Below, piece by piece: positions 38,288-41,272 of a stretch of 41,272 bases of DNA (positions are counted from its first letter, which is position 1; each line of letters opens with the position of its first letter). Origin of the DNA: a virus. Under the pieces are notes generated by a model, which saw nothing but the letters and a program-made list of their open reading frames with translations, was not told the origin of the DNA and made no database searches. The position numbers and the translations under genes are program-made. The stretch is taken from IMG/VR virus record IMGVR_UViG_3300020215_000038, positions 1 through 41,272 of that record. The stretch is one strand, 5' to 3'.

Positions 38288-38413
38288 ATGAATAGGGACA
38301 AACAGAGGGTCTTGGAGCAAATTTTAGACCTTATGGGGAAAAACGCCATCAGTATTGATGACGTTCTGCACGGACTTCGTGATCGACTGTTGATAACGAA
38401 AGACTCTAAATGA
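38288..38413 (+). CDS. 41-aa microprotein (MNRDKQRVLEQILDLMGKNAISIDDVLHGLRDRLLITKDSK)
   Basis: Starts ATGAATAGG; ATGA junction at 3' end; not in track. Confidence 0.4.
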   Translation: MNRDKQRVLEQILDLMGKNAISIDDVLHGLRDRLLITKDSK

Positions 38414-38577
38414 ATAAGCTCCTAATCTTCTTAGCCTTAATCTTCTCTGGGTGCGCGACGGATAACTGCGACCTTCAAAAAGTAGACGAATTTGCGTTCA
38501 GTAAGAACTGCTGGAAAGAGGTCTACTTCACGGACTCGTTCAATGTCCAAAGGCTCGATAAGGAGGGATGTAAGTAA
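38410..38577 (+). CDS. 55-aa lipoprotein (MNKLLIFLALIFSGC...)
   Basis: Lipobox F-S-G-C; ATGA at 5' end, TAATG at 3' end; not in track. Confidence 0.5.
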   Translation: MNKLLIFLALIFSGCATDNCDLQKVDEFAFSKNCWKEVYFTDSFNVQRLDKEGCK

Positions 38578-38843
38578 TGGGTTGTTGCAGGTGGTGTGGG
38601 CGCGTCGAGCCGAATAATAAAATGCACGACGGTTGCGGGTTTAGTGTTGAAGGCTTCAAACCCTCCAAGGAAATTCAAGAGGCCATCGAGCATTGGAAAG
38701 AGCATTGGAAATGGGAGAGGATGAACCATATTGAGATGGTCAGGAGGGAGAGCGGGACAAAGAGTTGGGAATCAAGGAAGCGGAATCTCTCGGCTATAAG
38801 CAAAGCAATGAAAAAGGCACCAAGCGGGGTGGTTGTCCGATGA
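38577..38843 (+). CDS. Hypothetical 88-aa protein with Cys-rich N-terminus (GCCRWCG...HDGCG)
   Basis: ORF track. Confidence 0.55.
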   Translation: MGCCRWCGRVEPNNKMHDGCGFSVEGFKPSKEIQEAIEHWKEHWKWERMNHIEMVRRESGTKSWESRKRNLSAISKAMKKAPSGVVVR

Positions 38844-38977
38844 TCCTCTTTCCTCTAAAGGCTCTCTGGGTCGCGTTTCTTTTTGTCTCATGGGCGGTAC
38901 TCGAGATCATCTGCGGCCGGGAGAAGTTTTTTATACTCCTCGCGGCCCTATTCATCCTATGGAGGTTCATCAAATGA
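38840..38977 (+). CDS. 45-aa two-TM microprotein
   Basis: ATGA junctions on both ends. Confidence 0.45.
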   Translation: MILFPLKALWVAFLFVSWAVLEIICGREKFFILLAALFILWRFIK

Positions 38978-39141
38978 GGAGAGGGATAGTCAGCAAAAGC
39001 AAGCTTTGGGGCGCTCTTTGGAAGTTACGGGAAATGAACACCGTCTCCATCAAGCGCAACGGCGAGGTCCGGATCATCCGTTGCGACTCAATCCACAAGG
39101 AAGTCCCAAAGCAGCAGCGCCGCGGACATATCTGTGACTGA
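38974..39141 (+). CDS. 55-aa basic protein
   Basis: ATGA junction; internal ATG of track ORF 38833. Confidence 0.45.
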   Translation: MRRGIVSKSKLWGALWKLREMNTVSIKRNGEVRIIRCDSIHKEVPKQQRRGHICD

Positions 39142-39331
39142 CTTCATCTGCGTTCGGTGTAGGAAAAACAGATCGACCCATAGCGGCTTCGTTCCAACCG
39201 CCGGCGGCTACTTCTGCCACGGCTGCTTTCAGGAGCTAGAAAACCCGCGTCTCGGGATCTTGAGGCCCGTATTAATCATCCTTTCGATCGGCGTGATTCT
39301 CGGCGTATGGCTTCGGAGTATGTTTTTTTAA
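39134..39331 (+). CDS. Zinc-ribbon plus C-terminal TM (tail-anchored) 65-aa protein
   Basis: CVRC...CHGC then ILRPVLIILSIGVILGVWL. Confidence 0.55.
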   Translation: MTDFICVRCRKNRSTHSGFVPTAGGYFCHGCFQELENPRLGILRPVLIILSIGVILGVWLRSMFF

Positions 39332-39344
39332 TCAGGAGAAAATT

Positions 39345-39587
39345 ATGACTGACGAAGAATATCGGGCGTCTCAGGAGTTTAAGCGCGACCTTCGGGTTTG
39401 CATTATTTGGTCGGTCGTCATTGCGGCCCTCTTCTTTTTTGTGGGGCGGGTGAGTGCGTGTGAGAGTTACGAAGATTGTATGGAAAAAGCCAGGGCCAAT
39501 AGTGCTTTAGATGAATATGGAACGCGGTACGCATCTATCGCGGTCGCCTACAAGCTAGACGAGATCAGCCGGAAGCTCGACGCATGA
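39345..39587 (+). CDS. 80-aa single-TM protein
   Basis: SD aggag 7 nt upstream; ORF track. Confidence 0.6.
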   Translation: MTDEEYRASQEFKRDLRVCIIWSVVIAALFFFVGRVSACESYEDCMEKARANSALDEYGTRYASIAVAYKLDEISRKLDA

Positions 39588-39775
39588 TCGAAAAAGCCGT
39601 TCGCATCTCATTCCGGGTCATGGCCGCGTTCTGGATCCTATCGCCCGTCACGTTCTTAGTCGCAAGGCTCACCGGCGTTTATAACTTCCGCTACGACGTC
39701 GCGGTATTCGCCGCGCTTTCGCTTATCTCCTTCGTGACGATGTTTTTTGCCTACTCGCCCGATCAGCGTGATTAG
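39584..39775 (+). CDS. 63-aa two-TM protein
   Basis: ATGA junction; ORF track. Confidence 0.55.
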   Translation: MIEKAVRISFRVMAAFWILSPVTFLVARLTGVYNFRYDVAVFAALSLISFVTMFFAYSPDQRD

Positions 39776-39992
39776 GCGCCAGTACCGGAGAATCCGAAAG
39801 AAGGTTATCGAACAGGCGGGCCTCGTCGCCAAAAAGCCCTGGGGCCATTGGAAGCGCGTCGCCTCAACCCTCGAGGTCGGGCGCCCGATGGAAGTGCAAA
39901 GCCGGGTCGAATACCTGGCGATCTACTACGCCGCCAAGGGCCTTGGCTTTAAGATCGCGCTTCGCCGAGGGAAGGTTTACCGGATCGAATGA
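39768..39992 (+). CDS. Basic 74-aa protein, last gene before the late leader (possible late regulator; speculative)
   Basis: GTG 39768 in frame with track ORF 39747; R/K-rich N-terminus. Confidence 0.45.
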   Translation: MIRRQYRRIRKKVIEQAGLVAKKPWGHWKRVASTLEVGRPMEVQSRVEYLAIYYAAKGLGFKIALRRGKVYRIE

Positions 39993-40002
39993 ACGGACTT
40001 TT

Positions 40003-40018
40003 ATACAAAGTATATATT
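40003..40018 (+). promoter_or_regulatory. 16-mer atacaaagtatatatt (copy in the late leader)
   Basis: 15/16 identical to 24120-24135. Confidence 0.45.
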
Positions 40019-40024
40019 CTCACG

Positions 40025-40053
40025 TTGAAAATAGTAGGGGTTTCTCCTATGCT
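40025..40053 (+). promoter_or_regulatory. Candidate late promoter TTGAAA-17-TATGCT
   Basis: Hexamers at 40025-40030 and 40048-40053 in the only A/T-rich stretch upstream of the packaging genes. Confidence 0.3.
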
Positions 40054-40083
40054 CTAATTAGGGAATTTCCTAACCGCTTTCGC

Positions 40084-40137
40084 GCTTGCCGGCCGAGATA
40101 AGCGGAGACGAAATGCCTTTCACTCGTGCCGGCAAGC
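40084..40137. repeat. Perfect 10-bp inverted repeat gcttgccggc / gccggcaagc separated by 34 nt
   Basis: 40084-40093 and 40128-40137 read directly. Confidence 0.8.
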
Positions 40138-40146
40138 CGAGTTCAC

Positions 40147-40191
40147 GCCGCGGGGGCTCACTAACCCTGAGACTCCGCGGCGCCTTCTTTT
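40147..40191 (+). terminator. Terminator-like hairpin (gccgcgg...ccgcggc) followed by ttctttt, in the late leader
   Basis: Stem 40147-40153/40175-40181, inner ctca/tgag; T-rich 40185-40191. Confidence 0.35.
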
Positions 40192-40209
40192 CGGCCTGCC
40201 CCTCCCGCG

Positions 40210-40389
40210 ATGGCGCCTTTTAGCGATGCCGTCCCTCCACGCCACGAACGCTCTTATGACTCGTATTGGCGCCTCACCGGCGAATTCGGCCCCTTGTCCG
40301 AGTTCCAGTTCCAAATGAAACTCCAAAGCCTCGCCCGCCTCCGCGAAAGGACATTTGAGAAGCATGTCGCTCCCGACCGACTTCATTGA
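40210..40389 (+). CDS. 59-aa hypothetical protein (MAPFSDAVPPRHERSYDSYW...)
   Basis: Not in track (one residue under cut-off); high third-position G/C like neighbouring genes. Confidence 0.45.
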   Translation: MAPFSDAVPPRHERSYDSYWRLTGEFGPLSEFQFQMKLQSLARLRERTFEKHVAPDRLH

Positions 40390-40528
40390 GTCCATGAACG
40401 AACCCGAGACGCCCTCCGAGCGCCGCTTCCACCGCGCTGCCGACGTCTTCTGGATCGTATTCCTCGCCTTTGGTGGGGTATGGGTCTGGGGAAAGATCCT
40501 CACCGCCTTTATCGGGCTTTTCTCATGA
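40364..40528 (+). CDS. 54-aa protein with C-terminal TM (…VFWIVFLAFGGVWVWGKILTAFIGLFS)
   Basis: ATGA junction with the next gene; not in track. Confidence 0.45.
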   Translation: MSLPTDFIESMNEPETPSERRFHRAADVFWIVFLAFGGVWVWGKILTAFIGLFS

Positions 40529-40746
40529 ACCCCGACACCTCGATCGTCATCATGGACGCCGACACGATCGTCCGCTCCCAAAACATGCGCGAGCAGTTCA
40601 TCTTCGTCATCCGCGGCAACGACGTGTGGTACATGGACACCGCCAAAGACGACTTTTTCCTGACTGAGTACCCCGAACTTAAAGGCCTCCGCGAGGCCCA
40701 CAAGAAGGCCATCCGCGCCTACGTGAAGGGGAGGGTGGCGATCTGA
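40525..40746 (+). CDS. 73-aa hypothetical protein upstream of terS
   Basis: Internal ATG of track ORF 40480; ATGA at 5' end, TGATG at 3' end. Confidence 0.55.
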   Translation: MNPDTSIVIMDADTIVRSQNMREQFIFVIRGNDVWYMDTAKDDFFLTEYPELKGLREAHKKAIRAYVKGRVAI

Positions 40747-41272
40747 TGGCAAAGCCCGGCCCGAAGGGACCGTCGAAGTATAGGCCCGAGCTCTGCGATG
40801 AATTGCTCGAGTTTTTCGATATCCCGCACTCCCGCGTCATCAAGACCGTCACGACCGGCAAGGGAGATTTTGGGAAGGTCGAGGAAAAGGAAGTCGCCAA
40901 CGACCTTCCACACTTCGTAACCTTCGCCCAGAAGATCGGCGTAAGTGTCGAGACACTAAACGCTTGGACGAAAACTTACCCTGAATTTTCTGAGGCCTAC
41001 TCAAAGGCGAAGCTGATAAACGAGCGGATGCTTGCCTCGAATGCTCTAAAGGGCCTTTATAACGCGACCTTCGCGATCTTCATGGCCAAAAACAAGTTTG
41101 GATGGAGAGACGAGCAGCACATCAAGGGCGAAGGGGTCGCGCCTCAAATCGTAATCGTTAGGGCCGATGGAAATAAAACTGAAACCCTATCAGGACGGCT
41201 TCATCTTCACCGAAGCTCCGTTCCCGGCAATGGTATCAGCCTGGGGAACGGGGAAGAGCCTGTGTCTGATTC
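40746..41272 (+). CDS. terS: Terminase small subunit (runs off the window end; continues to nt 140 through the circular junction, 179 aa in total)
   Basis: MAKPGPKGPSKYRPELCDELLEFF...FAQKIGVSVETLNAWTKTYPEFSEAYSKAKLINERMLASNALKGLYNATFAIFMAKNKFGWRD is the HTH-type small-terminase pattern; directly upstream of terL. Confidence 0.8.
   Translation, partial: MAKPGPKGPSKYRPELCDELLEFFDIPHSRVIKTVTTGKGDFGKVEEKEVANDLPHFVTFAQKIGVSVETLNAWTKTYPEFSEAYSKAKLINERMLASNALKGLYNATFAIFMAKNKFGWRDEQHIKGEGVAPQIVIVRADGNKTETLSGRLHLHRSSVPGNGISLGNGEEPVSD
41146..41272. repeat. Terminal direct repeat copy 2 (identical to 1-127)
   Basis: Same 127-nt string as window start. Confidence 0.95.

Noticed and set aside
40120-40752. 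210-aa minus-strand ORF upstream of terS
   Set aside because: The product is low-complexity and Arg/Gly/Asp-rich. The + strand carries three small ORFs (40210, 40364, 40525) chained by overlaps into terS, with the codon bias of the neighbouring genes.
1-41272. CRISPR arrays, tRNA/tmRNA genes, transposases or IS elements
   Set aside because: I found no spaced direct-repeat arrays, no sequence with tRNA T-arm/acceptor features in the non-coding gaps, and no transposase-like ORFs. The only recombinase is the tyrosine integrase.

Overview
The window is a complete, circularly closed genome of a temperate tailed phage. Nt 1-127 are identical to nt 41146-41272, so the unique length is 41145 bp. There is no tape-measure gene, so the layout looks podovirus-like. 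Almost all genes are on the + strand and are tightly coupled, with more than 30 ATGA/GTGA 4-nt stop/start overlaps. Gene order: terS (40746, wraps the junction), terL, portal, small head genes, scaffold-like gene, major capsid, virion/adaptor genes, an O-antigen-ligase-family (Wzy_C) membrane protein, coiled-coil protein, fibre-like proteins (one with a LamG domain), large tail protein, second fibre and three internal-virion-like proteins. Next comes a minus-strand cassette of small membrane/secreted proteins, a cluster of small membrane proteins (holin/spanin-like), a metallophosphoesterase, a dNTP-pyrophosphohydrolase-like protein and a terminator. A minus-strand secreted peptide and a tyrosine integrase follow. 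Downstream of the integrase are an unannotated RHH gene and a highly structured RNA leader with two terminators. The early genes include a SAR lytic transglycosylase, Erf, a YqaJ exonuclease, NinB, two DNA methyltransferases, a replication organiser and a DUF1064-like nuclease. A more A/T-rich block of about 30 tiny ORFs (many zinc-ribbon or single-TM) then leads into a late leader region upstream of terS. The leads I rank highest: (1) the Wzy_C/PglL-family membrane enzyme wired into the late structural operon, together with classical Sec signal peptides on the fibre-like, LamG and accessory virion-module proteins; (2) a promoter-to-terminator structured RNA next to int/RHH, with a segment complementary to two flanking segments (terminator/antiterminator or P4-like RNA immunity logic) and no recognisable CI/Cro; (3) a 16-mer shared between the early promoter and the late leader; (4) two further long non-coding, highly structured gaps (4096-4364 and 28561-29028); (5) a minus-strand moron cassette with paralogous C-terminal motifs. 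All product calls come from motif reading by eye. No database search was possible.
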